A stretch of DNA of 62,751 nucleotides, counting the filler, from Platydemus manokwari (taxonomy: Eukaryota): assembly GCA_037951405.1 (NCBI GenBank). It is 6 parts of 6 records of this genome, joined end to end, with 100 filler letters (N's around TTAATTAATTAA, not from the genome) between each part and the next. Parts side by side here need not be neighbours in the genome. Positions count along the whole stretch, not along the records: positions 9,979 to 22,372 come from JBBMOY010157788.1; positions 22,473 to 31,986 come from JBBMOY011238431.1; 4 more parts are not named here. One strand, given 5' to 3'. Positions 13,548-24,989 of this stretch are shown here, piece by piece. The notes below the pieces were generated by a model. That model worked only from the letters and a program-made list of their open reading frames with translations. It was not told the origin of the DNA and did not search any database. A program made the translations under genes and the position numbers. Every line of letters begins with the position of its first letter. Position 1 is the stretch's first letter.

Positions 13548-16500
13548 TTAATAAAGGGATATATAATCAATAAAACATTTCCGTCTTTTCAAATCATCAA
13601 TTAAGCACTTCCAAATTTCATTGACTGACAACAGTTGACTGTTACCTAAGAAGAATAAGAAAATTCTTAAAAGAAACAATTTCGAAAAAATCCGTACCGA
13701 TTATGAACAGACCCTTCTTAGCTCTTGTTATTGCCACATTCAACTGATTAATGTCGGTAATGAATCCAAGATATTTACTGATCCAACTAGATGATGGATT
13801 TTCATCAATATCCATTAAACTTGGAAGTGACCGAACCGTTGAAATTATAACATAATCACTTTCCGATCCTTAAATAAGTTAAATAAAGCGATGATCAAAT
13901 AATTATTGAACAAATTCAATGTGAAATTTCCAAATTCTGATAATGATTTATTTCATCACAATCGAGTTCCACTTTCTACTATCCAATGGAATCGAAGCAA
14001 AACAATTATCGAAAATATTGTATGTATCATTTCAATGCGTGTTTTATCTTACATGGCGGCCAGGCATCTGGATTCCATTTTCATTAGATCAGTGACTGAA
14101 AATTATACAGAAGAAGGAATAAGATATCGAGACTGTATGAGAATATATAAAGACAATGAAAAGAAGATGTAGAGAAGATATAAAGATGATTTAAAGAACA
14201 TATAAAAAATAGAAGAATTAGAAGTTTTGTATCGATAAATATGTAAAGTATTCGATACAATGTCAAAGAAAATCAAATATTTTAAAGAAAATTGTGAGAA
14301 TTTTAAATTGAATTAAATTTCTCAAGATTTATTTTATATGAAATTATATTAATTTGTTTATATAATTGTATTTAAATATAATATTCATTTAAATATATAA
14401 TTTAATTTACAATGTATGTTTTAAAAAATAGTAGCTGCTAACATATTATTATAAAGATAATATATAAATAGCAATAGGAACAAGTCAAATAACTCGTTTA
14501 TTTATTCAAAACTAAATGCGCAATATTAAATGACTTTGTAAGGCAACTTAGAGTGAGTAGTAAAGAAATAAAATTTATCGATTGGTTTATGAAACGATTA
14601 GATATGTATTTGACAAATAATATTTATTTCATTTAAAAGAGCAAATAGATAACAAATCAACCACTACTAAAATCTTAAAAACTGAAAATTTAAAGATTTG
14701 AAAGAAGAAATTTTAAAAATAAAGTACAACGCTACTCTATTTATGGATATAAATTACGAGAAGCACTAAAAGGGAACTTAAAATTATTACAACAAAAAAT
14801 AAGACAGAACTAAGAAATTTCAATTTTTAATTATATATATTCTAAAAAAATATAAAATTATAATTAAAAAATTTTGTTGCGTCTCATTTGTGGAATTTGC
14901 AATAAACATTATAAAAAAAAACCAAGGTCATTTAACAGCTTATTTCAAATTTAAATTGCATTAAATTAAAGTAAAAGAACAACATGAAATGCAAGAAAAT
15001 ACACGAGTATTGGGGAAACTAATTTCGATAATTCAATAAATATGCATGATTTTCAAAAGAAAATTTTAAAAGTGGATCAAAACTAAAATTAACAAAATTT
15101 GATGGTACGCTAATATCAATAATTCATATGAAGAAATCAATGATATTATAGGGAATTTTTGAAAATTTTAAACAAAAATTAAAATAAATGTTAATATATT
15201 AAATAATATAAGATCTTACAGAAACTAATGTTTTCAGTAACGACTACGGTAATCATCTTGGATAATATTGATATCAAAAATTATTTAATTTATCTAAAAC
15301 ATAATACTGAAGAATAAAAATTAACAGAAGCTTATTGAATATTTGTAAATAGTGATTGATCTAATCTAAATGTAAACCTTCTACCATACAAGTAGTGAAT
15401 GAAATGTTGAGAGAAAAAATGCAAAATCATTTTTCATGTTTGTTCATTGTTTGCTACCCATATGAGGTTCCTAATTTATTTCTTCGGTTGTCTTTCTGCG
15501 ATAACACTTCCCTTATTGTATTGAAACTTGCTTATGTATGCAGTAAAAATTCTTTGTTAAAGTGAAGAAATGTTAAGATTAGTGATTCCATTAGGGCATT
15601 TTCATGTCTTCCAATGTCTTGTCAGATGTTTTATTCCAAATTAATTTTACACTGCTCATTCCAGCCTAACTCTTTCAATGCTCTTGGATTCTTTGAGTAT
15701 GCCTTTATAAATTTATAATAATATTCGCAAATCATTAAGAAACTCATTAGGTTCTTTATTCATTTAGTCTTTCAAACTTTATTGATTTATTTTTGATATT
15801 AAAAAATAAATGAATACGTGAAAAATAAGAATTAAGAAAACAAAGATTATATTGACCAGGAACTCCCAAATTAAGGACACGAACGGTTACTAGGTCAAAA
15901 AAGTCAATATTAATGAGTAATTTTTAACAAGTAAATTTATTCTTTGTACGTGCAGTAGCATTGACACTGAAACCGCTGCCTGCAACTCCTGCAACGATCC
16001 AAAGATCTTCTAGGAAACTATCTACAATCCTATTCATACTGTTTGCAAGAGATTTATAATTTCCTCCAACATTCTACCTGATTTCATCACAAGAAATGCG
16101 TCCAAATGACAGCTTTATTTGTAGACTAGAAAAATCTTTACGACATGACGAACAGCTTTGAAAACCATAGGTCTTTTATTTGGTGAAAATATAGATCAAT
16201 TGTTTCCGAAATCTCCAGGACGAATCGGCATAAAACACATCTTAACTTCCTAAATATTGGTCTAATCGAGTACTGGGGCTCTCTTTCGATATAAGTGCTC
16301 TATTAAAAGATGAGTTCTCCATCTACTGTGTGTCCATCGAGACCAAAAAAACCGTCATTGTGTCCTAAAAACCAATACATCACCTAGTACTCTCACCTTC
16401 AATTTTTCATCTAACTTAGAAATCATTCAATCTATTCATATTGCATCATCATCAAACTACATCAAAATATCCTTACGAGAATCACTAATAATCATCTCAA

Positions 16501-18914
16501 CATTCTGATGCAGATGAATAAACTGTTGTTCCTTAGGAAGGGCAATTTTAACTTCTCCTATTCCTGAACAGGATCACACTACAGATCTTAGACATCCAGT
16601 AAACGATTTTATCACGACTCGAACAATAATAAGGCCATATTGATAATAGTTCCAGGGAACTTCTTAACATTTAGTATCTCTAAAAACTAACTGCTTATTC
16701 AATCTCAGTTACAAAAATTTATTTCGAATTCACAATCGCTTGATGAAATTACAGATACCACTCGAACTGCCCAACTTCTGATTTTTAGTCGTTCTATTAT
16801 ACAAGATTCCACTGTAATTGAAGAGATCTTAATTTTCGAATATTGGATATTAATAACAAATTTGAATTTACTAACTGGAACCTGTACAGATGGTTCTCTA
16901 CAATATTTGCAACTCGATTTAAATTAATTTACAAATGAACGATGAGATAAAGAGATTTTATCATGATAAGTGTCTAGATGGGATAAATAAAACAAAGACA
17001 TTTTATTACCAAACTTAAATTAGAACTATAAATAGAAATTGAAAATAGTTATTAAAAATTAGAGTTAAAAGGCAGTGATTCCAAATAGTATGTAAGGCTA
17101 ACAGAACAGAACAACAAAGTGTCTTATTGTGAAATAACAAGTGAGTATTGCCAATTACAAGGCTTATTAATGAAATACTACGAAGTAGCATAAATACCGA
17201 AAATACAGTTAATCAAATAAAGAAAAGTTGTATTCAAACCCAGAGCGAATAAGGTCATGAAAAATTATGCCTACATTAAAATACCTATCCGATATTTGGA
17301 ATAAATCAAAGGTTTTACTCACATAGTAATTTTATTGATCTAATTAGTTTAGTGCTAAGCGAGATTCGTGTGTAGGACTCACTTGAAATTGAAATGACTT
17401 TTAATTTTATTTTTTTCGTGAGTGTTTTTTATTGTGTCGTCTAGTATGTTATCAATAGATATTCTTTTTCAAGTTGATCTCAATATAAAACCTCCATCAG
17501 TTCTTGTGTTCATTTTCCCGGGTAGGTGTAAGAGATTGACTTAAAAAGCCCTCGAACCATATTTATATAATATTGAGTATAAAATAAATATTACGTATTC
17601 TTAAATAAAAAAGCCTTTTAATAAATTTATAATTCCAATAAATTTATTATTTTAATAAATTATCACTTTAATAAATTATAAGTTTAATAAAAATTTATGC
17701 TATTCGAAATACTTAATTTGAGTAGAATACTCATTGGTTAAAATTAAACATTCCTTTGATAGTTTATTGGGTTGATTTGAGAAACGCCTGTTTATGAATT
17801 GAAAGCAAAATAAGAAACCACAAAAATGGAAAAATTTGTTTTTAATATAAAAATAGATATTTTCGATAAATTATTCTAAACACTCCAATTTCCCTTGCTT
17901 CTCTAATCATAACTTGCCAGTTGTTAATGATATTTGTATTTACACATCCAACATATTGAGAAAGATATTCAATAATATAGGAAAATATTTTGTTAATTTG
18001 GAACAGCACAAAGATATTAAGTTAGTATTTTAAATCAATGCTTTAATTTCAAATGACAAATGCGTTGTACAATTTAGAATCAAGTTTCAAAAAACGTGCT
18101 CCAAGTGACGGAGACTAATGTTTCCAAACTCTAGTAAAACAATCTAAGCAAGACTTTAAGAAGGGATGAATATCCCACTTTGATTGATCTTCATGACGGG
18201 CTTAATTTGGCATATCAATTCCTTTTTCGGTATGTTTTTCATTGATAAACGTAGAACAAAATTGATTGCAGTTTGAAATCAATATTTGTAGTACAAGGCT
18301 TGAAGTGGTGATAAAATGTTAATAATTTGCGACGCTGTTGCAGTTCGATCAATTTTAACAAATTTCCTTGATGACAAAAACAACTAAAAGATCACTGAAA
18401 TGTTCTAATCGGCCTGATAATTTCTTCTTTAAAATCTGTTTTTATATAGCTTATTTTCCAATTCTAGATCGGTTGCTAATGTTTATTTATATCAGTTACC
18501 GATTTCCTTCAGAATTTATCCTGGTTATCTCTTTCTTGCATTTATATTTATGAACAGCTAGCTTATTGATTTATTCGTTGTAATTTTTATTAAATTCTAT
18601 GATATTAACTTACATTAGGCAAATGAAATTATTTCAATGATTTGGATACAAAATTAACAAATCATAATTCTATTGATTTTAATTTAAAATGAGTATTTCT
18701 GGTTCTATTTTTAAAATAAAACTCCAAGAATACCTTGACTTTTAACAACTGTCGACACTCTTGGTTCACCGGGAATTTTGTTTTTTTGTAAAATGGTCGT
18801 GCATTTTTCTTTCAAATACGATTCTTGCAATCGATACTGAGTAATCACAAGAATCGATTGGCTAGCTTCTGATTTTGAATAGATTTTCTTAATTAGCCTT
18901 TCATAAATATGAGC
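13548..18914 (-). CDS. HELZ2: HELZ2-like (UPF1-family SF1B) helicase, three 3' exons: 18914-18734, 13868-13698, 13645-13548
   Basis: Spliced product: AHIYERL...ILVITQYRLQE...VSTVVKSQG/SESDYVIISTVRSLP...ENPSSSWISKYLGFITDINQLNVAITRAKKGLFIIG/NSQLLSVNEIWKCLIDDL...*. It carries SF1 motifs IV-VI; TVVxSQG and PxxxWxxxxLGFIxD are typical of HELZ2. All junctions are GT-AG with consistent phase (introns 4865 and 52 nt). Missed by the ORF track. Confidence 0.85.
14110..15200 (+). mobile_element. LTR-like repeat (family also at 46290-46610 and 53915-54410) plus PBS-like motif and decayed gag
   Basis: Shares TATATTAATTTGTTTATATAATTGTATTTAAATATA and flanking blocks with the other copies. Followed by AAAATAGTAGCTGC and an A-rich broken ORF (DWFMKRLDMYL). 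Lies inside the helicase intron. Confidence 0.55.
15400..16700 (-). mobile_element. Degenerate Ty3/Gypsy pol (protease, RT and RNase H remnants)
   Basis: The minus strand gives FTGCLRSVV (decayed DTG protease motif) near 16600. At 15460-15720 it reads YYKFIKAYSKNPRAL...ALMESLILTFLHFNKEFLLHT*ASFNTIREVLSQKD (RT thumb/RNase H). Many stops. Confidence 0.75.
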
Positions 18915-18992
18915 CTGCCATATAATTTAATCAGATTTGTATTCGTCAATTCAATAAATAAAACAATTGTTAATAATGATATTAGCATTAAC

Positions 18993-18993
18993 A

Positions 18994-19040
<47 letters not shown>
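18993..19040 (+). repeat. (TTA)n microsatellite
   Basis: Uninterrupted ATT/TTA trinucleotide run. Confidence 0.95.
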
Positions 19041-19558
19041 CAATCTACATCATTTAATAAACTTTAATTTATCAATAATATTTTAATCAAAATTAATTCA
19101 GAAAAATTCAAAAAATTCCCGAGTTAATTTTCTGAAATTTTTATATGGTATCAAAAATAATACTATAATCATTAAAATAAACAATAGGTTCTGAAATTGC
19201 ACATTGTTTCAACAATATTTCGCTGTCAACAGATTTTAACATCTTGAAAATATCTTCAAAGGAAAAATATTAATCCATTCCATTATATATTTTATCTTTT
19301 TTTTAAAACCTACCAAACAATAACATTTCCATAAGGAATCTAAAATATCAAATAATATTTCATATTATAATTGTTATTAAAATAAAATGATTTAGATGAT
19401 AAACATTATTAAATCTACTATTCTCATGAAATCACTATGCCCGGGATATATTTCACAAAATTGTAAATAATTCCTTTAGATTTTTTCAATCAATAATAAT
19501 ACCAAACACTTTAATACATCTAATCACATAATTTTCTAATCAAGTGAACTACATCGTA

Positions 19559-19932
19559 CAGTCGAACTTCGATAAAGTTACCTTCAATGAATAAATATCA
19601 AACTGCTATTTATTATAGATTAGAACTTATTAATGTTTTTTTTTCAAAATAAGTCAAAATAATTTCATGTCGTTTTTGAAATTTTTAACATTCAATAAAT
19701 AAATGTTGTTAAAATCGATTAGTTCGATAAATTGTTAGCCAGTAAAGAAAATGATTTATGCCACTTTATAATTGATAGATGGATAACTTATTAAGATATC
19801 ATTTGACTTAAAAAACGATTCTTAGCTCTCTACTTATTTTATGTTAGTTGTTGATTAATATTTATTAGATTTTTAATAAAATCCAAATGACCACATTGGT
19901 AATGACCAGGCGAAATTAACCGAGTTCCACTC
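19559..19932. mobile_element. Possible old pogo/Tigger-type MITE
   Basis: Flanked by TA. Left end CAGTCGAACTTCGATAAA versus reverse complement of right end GAGTGGAACTCGGTTAAT (12/18 match). Confidence 0.35.
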
Positions 19933-20940
19933 TATTATTATACTTCAATTAATGTTAGTAATTATTCATTAAACTATTTTACCAGACATTATTAATTAAA
20001 TAAAAATTTTAATTGAAGAATGTATATTCAAAATAGAAAAAAAAATATGAAAAGCATTCACATTGATCACAACGTGATTAAACCAAAATAACTGGACCGG
20101 TCTATCAAAACAATACAATTTATAAAATAATTCAATTTGAGAACTTTGATCCTTGGAACCTTGAATATGTAATTTATTTAACACAATATTTGTATAGATG
20201 TCTGTCTATGTCACATACATTAACTATTCTAGAACCATTGATAATTTGATTCCTTTTGTCAAACGATAAGATTCAAAAGGTCAATCATTGGTGGAAATAT
20301 AATAAATATTACAATCAAATTGAAGAGTAGTAAAATAAACGAATTGATAATTTAATTTTTTTAATTAATTAATTTAACAGATTGTTTCATAATTAAATTA
20401 AGTAAAAAAAATTGATAAATAGTTCAAATTAAATTAATAAATGAAAAATAATTTACAAATTATGCACTTTAATTAAGACGTAGATGATTTTAAATAATTC
20501 GATAATAATAAATAATTGATTAATAATAAAATTTAATAATTAATTCATAGAATCTAATGAATGAAAAAATTAATTAATAATTAATTAATAATTAAATTTT
20601 TTCAAACATTAAATCTATTATGATTAATAAATGATTTTTATTATTAAACCCTTTATTGTTTAATATTAATTATAATTAAATAAATATAATAAATCAAAAA
20701 TGGAACAACAATTTATTAATAATTTTAATGACTTTTCTACAAACGACTGGTGTGTCTGTTATATATTTAATATATGCTAGCATAACCCCACCCAGAAATG
20801 ACGTCATTATGACAATTTAAACAAAATTACAACACCAATCAAAGAAATTATTTCCGATAGATTCGAGACATTTAATAAATCTAATTAATTGAATTAAAAT
20901 CATTACTGTGAAAGTACTATCAATTAAATCAATAATTAAC

Positions 20941-21729
20941 CTTTTGTTGTTGATGTTTCAGTTCGTTTCGATCACGACCTTGTGGAGCAAATTGATTGGG
21001 AGACAAACATGTTTCAACAAGCCCGCTCGTTTGTCGACCATCAGGACCAACGGGTTTCCACGATATCACTTTGCGAGAACCGCTTTCTTCAATTTCTTCT
21101 CGAACATAATCATTTGGCATGTTAAGTAACCAATGGGTTTGAGGGCCTTTCGGTTTGGCAGGCTCTTCACCCGATTCAAGACGAGTGACGAAAGATGTCG
21201 ATGATGGAGGTATTTCCACATCTTCATCCTCATCTTCCAAATCAGCTACATGTCCATCCTCCTGTTGTTGTTCATGAAGTCGTCTCTTGCGATCAATCAC
21301 CACTGGAGCGTGCTTATACAAATATCCCGTACGATGACCAGCAGCATCAAGTGCACGCATTAATGATTCGAATTGCAATTCAACATTCAAATCTGTTTCA
21401 TCATATTTATCCGATTTATCCGTCGCCAATATCAAATTGCTAGATCCAATACTCGATGCCAGTCGTACTTGTGTTTCACAAGCATGAACAGCCAGACCAG
21501 CATGATTCCACATTTCCTCAATCGTTCGTCCACGAGCTAATAATCCTTGGTTTCGAACCAAAATACAGTTCCTATCTCCAATTGCCTTTGTCAAAGCAGC
21601 TTGTTCGGTGGCTAAAGATTTTCCTGGTTCAACATTGACACTGGAAGATCCCCATTCATAGACAGGCACTTCACCGAGTTTGACGGCTTCATCACTAATT
21701 TGAAGTAATCCAGGTTTCATACATGACAC
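20941..21729 (-). CDS. Adducin (hts/ADD family) internal exon, class II aldolase-like head and neck
   Basis: VSCMKPGLLQIS, ILVRNQGLLARGRTIEE, ACETQVR, FESLMRALDAAGHRTGYLY, DVEIP and PNQFAP match adducin. The 789-nt exon is bounded by TAG| and |GTTAAT, phase 0 at both ends. Confidence 0.9.
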
Positions 21730-21744
21730 CTACATGAGTTCAAG

Positions 21745-22372
21745 GCTTGATTAATTAAATTAAAAATTAATTAAATTATTACTTGTTGATTATAATTTTA
21801 AAATTGCTAATAATTAATTAATTATATTAGTTTCCAATTATTTAAATTATTTATTAATTAACTCTAATTAGTTTAATTAAAAATTTATTTAATTTTATTT
21901 AATTTATTAATTAAATAATTTTAAAATTAGTAATAACTAATTCGTTTTATTAATTTGCAACTATTTAAATTATTTATTGATTATTTCTGTAATTAATTAA
22001 ATTAAAAATTAATTAATTCATTACTTGTAGTTTATAATTTTAAAATTACTGATAATTAATTAGTTCTATTAATTTGCAATTATTTAAATTATTAATTAAT
22101 TCTATAATTAATTTAATCAAAAATTAATTTATTACTTGTTCATTATAATTTTATAATTACTAATATTTAATTAGTTCTATTAATTTGCAATTATTTAAAT
22201 TATTTATTTATTAATTTTGTAATTAACTCAATTAAAAGTTAATTACATTATTTATTTAAATTTATTAATTAAATAATTTTCAAATTAGTAATAATTAATT
22301 CGGTCTATTAGTTTTCAATTAATTAAATTATTAATTAATTAATTCTGTAATTAGTTCAATTAACAATCTATT
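21745..22372. repeat. AT-rich tandem repeat, about 120-bp unit, about 5 diverged copies
   Basis: Recurring AATTAATT..ATTAAAAATT...TTACTTGT...TATAATTTTAAAATT..TAATAATTAATT...TATTAATTTGCAATTATTTAAATTA; runs into the contig end. Confidence 0.75.
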
Positions 22373-22472
22373 NNNNNNNNNNNNNNNNNNNNNNNNNNNN
22401 NNNNNNNNNNNNNNNNTTAATTAATTAANNNNNNNNNNNNNNNNNNNNNNNNNNNNNNNNNNNNNNNNNNNN
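22373..22472. other. Artificial contig spacer
   Basis: 44N-TTAATTAATTAA-44N. Confidence 0.97.
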
Positions 22473-23971
22473 TATAAATTAAATTACATTAAGGAGAATT
22501 TAAAATCATTTATTTTTAGTCAAAATTTTTACATAATATTTGTGAAATCATCTTCATATTGGCTAACATTTATAAATTCAATTTTTCTCTGTGCGTTATT
22601 ATTATTATTATGTTAAAATTTATGTTATTTCAAATATTCTTTTATGGTTTTATATGGATTTATGATTTTGTATATGATTTATTTTAAATAATCATACATT
22701 GAAAATTTCTATCAGCGATCAAAGTTAAATGCATAAATCAAAATTAATGAAGACCTGATTAAATGATTCAAGATTTATGCTACCATTGAGATATTAGGAT
22801 TACATGGATCTTTGTTAAATGCCTTTAATTTAACTAGATGCTTTATAATTAAATAAGTACTTGCTCGTCTAATAGTTTGACCTGTAATTTAACTGAATGT
22901 CTTTTTAGGATTTGATGTATGTTAAAAGTTTTAGCTACATGAACTGCATGTCTTGATTTATAATTGATTCTAGTTCTACGATATTTATATTAATTCATTT
23001 TTTATTGCTATTAGCCAAGAATGCATAGCGCATATTCCAAAACCGTTGTATACTTTATCAGTTATTGGATGCAAATATTTCTTATTTTCTTATATAGTTT
23101 TTTTTCTTTTATAGTCTTTGTGACTATTCAGTGAGATCGAATATATGTTGAATAAATTTATGATATCGTTTATTTTTAACATATTTGAAGCATTAACAGT
23201 CACTATACATATTTGATTTTTCTTAATTGCGGAGTCATCCAAGATTCCTTATACCATCTTTCAAGACATTAAAAATCACGATGATTTTTAAAATCAAGAA
23301 ACATAATTAAATTAATCGTAAAATTTGTAATTAGTAATTTAATTATGTTTCATAACTTAGTTTGTAAAAAATGAAATAAAAATTATTACGTAACCATGGG
23401 TCAAAATTTGAAGTCGATTTATTAATATTTTTGAATTTTCGTTATTTGGTACATATTCTATTTAAGAATTGTACTTAGAGGCTTAGAAAAATTAAAAATT
23501 GTTGTGGAGTTTCAGCCTATGTTTATGCACGTTAAAGGAGTATTTGATTTTCTTAACAATTCTGAAATAGATTATTTGGAAAAGGCCTTCTTCAACTTTC
23601 GACTATTGGTTACATAATGTATTGTTGATTCCATTTATTACAAACTAAGTTTTCAAATATGATTAGATCTTAATTTAAATTATTAATTTATATAAAATGT
23701 GTGAAGTATCCTCATTTTCGCATAACAGGCACACACATTTTAATTGTTGTGGTGTTTTGCAAATATTTTTCATCAACTAAAAGATTCATCAAAAATCATT
23801 TGATAAGTTTATAAATATTAATCAAATGTACTCGATTATCACACAATTACATAATTTTCGTTGATTTTTAAAGATTTGATGTTTGTAATTTTATTTGTCG
23901 ATTTATTATTCGTATTTTTTCACAATTAAATATTGCTTTATTTGTATATTACTTACAAAGTAACATTTTAG

Positions 23972-24989
23972 AAAACCTTTATTACTTCCTCGCCCCCTAA
24001 ATTGGAATTAGATGATGAAGAAGTAGATCCCGATTTTGAGCTAACACCGTCAATGATAACTCAAGTTAAAAATGTTTCTGTTCCAATTAATTTATCAAAT
24101 CCTCAAACTATCCAAAACAAAAATAATTTGTTTTCAAAACCACTTATACAATCATCCGGTAAATTGAAATGTTTATCATAGAACAAATCATTTAAATAAT
24201 GAAATTAATTATTTAGGTATTTTACCAAATTCTAGAAGAACTATTTCTTTGGCGAATACGCCTCTTTTTCAAGCTCAAAATGCGTTAATTAGTTCTCCAA
24301 GTCAACTTTCTTCGTGTTGTGTAGCTGTTAGTACTAAATCACTTACTGTTATCGATAAACCCCTCGTGTGTGTTGTAACTGCCCAATCAATTGCTCTTCC
24401 GAATACTGGTATTACCACTACTGCAAATAATAATAATAATATTTTGAACACAAATATGTCTAACAATCAAAATACTTCTCCCAATCAAAATACAAATGCT
24501 AAAATAAAGCCTCGAAAATGGACTCATAACTTTCACACAAGTAATAGCATCAATTTTCGAGAAATGCTTTGCACCAATAGATCTAATAATGTGCAGCCTA
24601 ACCTTAATTCGCAAGTACAGTTGTCAATTTCAAATTCTATTAATTCTATTACAAATGCCAAACAGGTCACAATTCCTAGTACTGTTTCAAGTAATGTCGT
24701 AAATCCATTACGATTCCCTGAGAAATCTAATATGACTCCTTCCAAAGGTTCTAGTGCTGTTCTGAAAAGTCTTCTTGTTGGCTCCAATACAACAAATGAT
24801 TTGTGTAATTTAAATAAGACCGCAAATTGGGCATCGAAATATTTATCATCGACATCAAGCTTACAAGACAGTAGTAAAATTAAATGGCAAGTTGGAGGTA
24901 CCGTTATCACCAGTTCACCAAGTATTATGTCATCGGTTTCGAAAGAAACGATACCTCTAGAAATAGTTAATACAAGCAATAACAAATGA
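23972..24989 (+). CDS. 3' exons (23972-24158, 24217-24989) of an unidentified Ser/Thr/Asn-rich low-complexity protein
   Basis: AG|KTFITSSPPKLELDDEEVDPDFELTP...QSSG is joined by a 58-nt phase-1 GT-AG intron to a 773-nt terminal exon. A long open frame in very AT-rich DNA; contains an LKSLL (LxxLL) motif. Confidence 0.65.

Noticed and set aside
17073-17790. Possible hAT element bounded by CAGTGATTCCAAA and TTTGAGAAACGCCTG
   Set aside because: The ends match poorly and the flanking 8-mers (TTAAAAGG, TTTATGAA) are not a TSD.
17900-18580. Possible Tc1-like transposase relic on the minus strand (RKFVKIDRTATASQII)
   Set aside because: Only a short resemblance; no DD34E motifs or TIRs could be recovered.
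19996-20184. ORF as a missing helicase exon or adducin last exon
   Set aside because: No convincing motif in any frame and ambiguous splice sites; left unresolved.
21745-22372. CRISPR-like or telomeric array
   Set aside because: No constant repeat with unique spacers and no short G-rich unit; it is a diverged AT-rich minisatellite in a eukaryotic intron.
24533-24985. 150-aa minus-strand ORF and similar antisense ORFs (21195, 21456, 48252, 51105)
   Set aside because: Shadows of real coding or TE sequence on the opposite strand.
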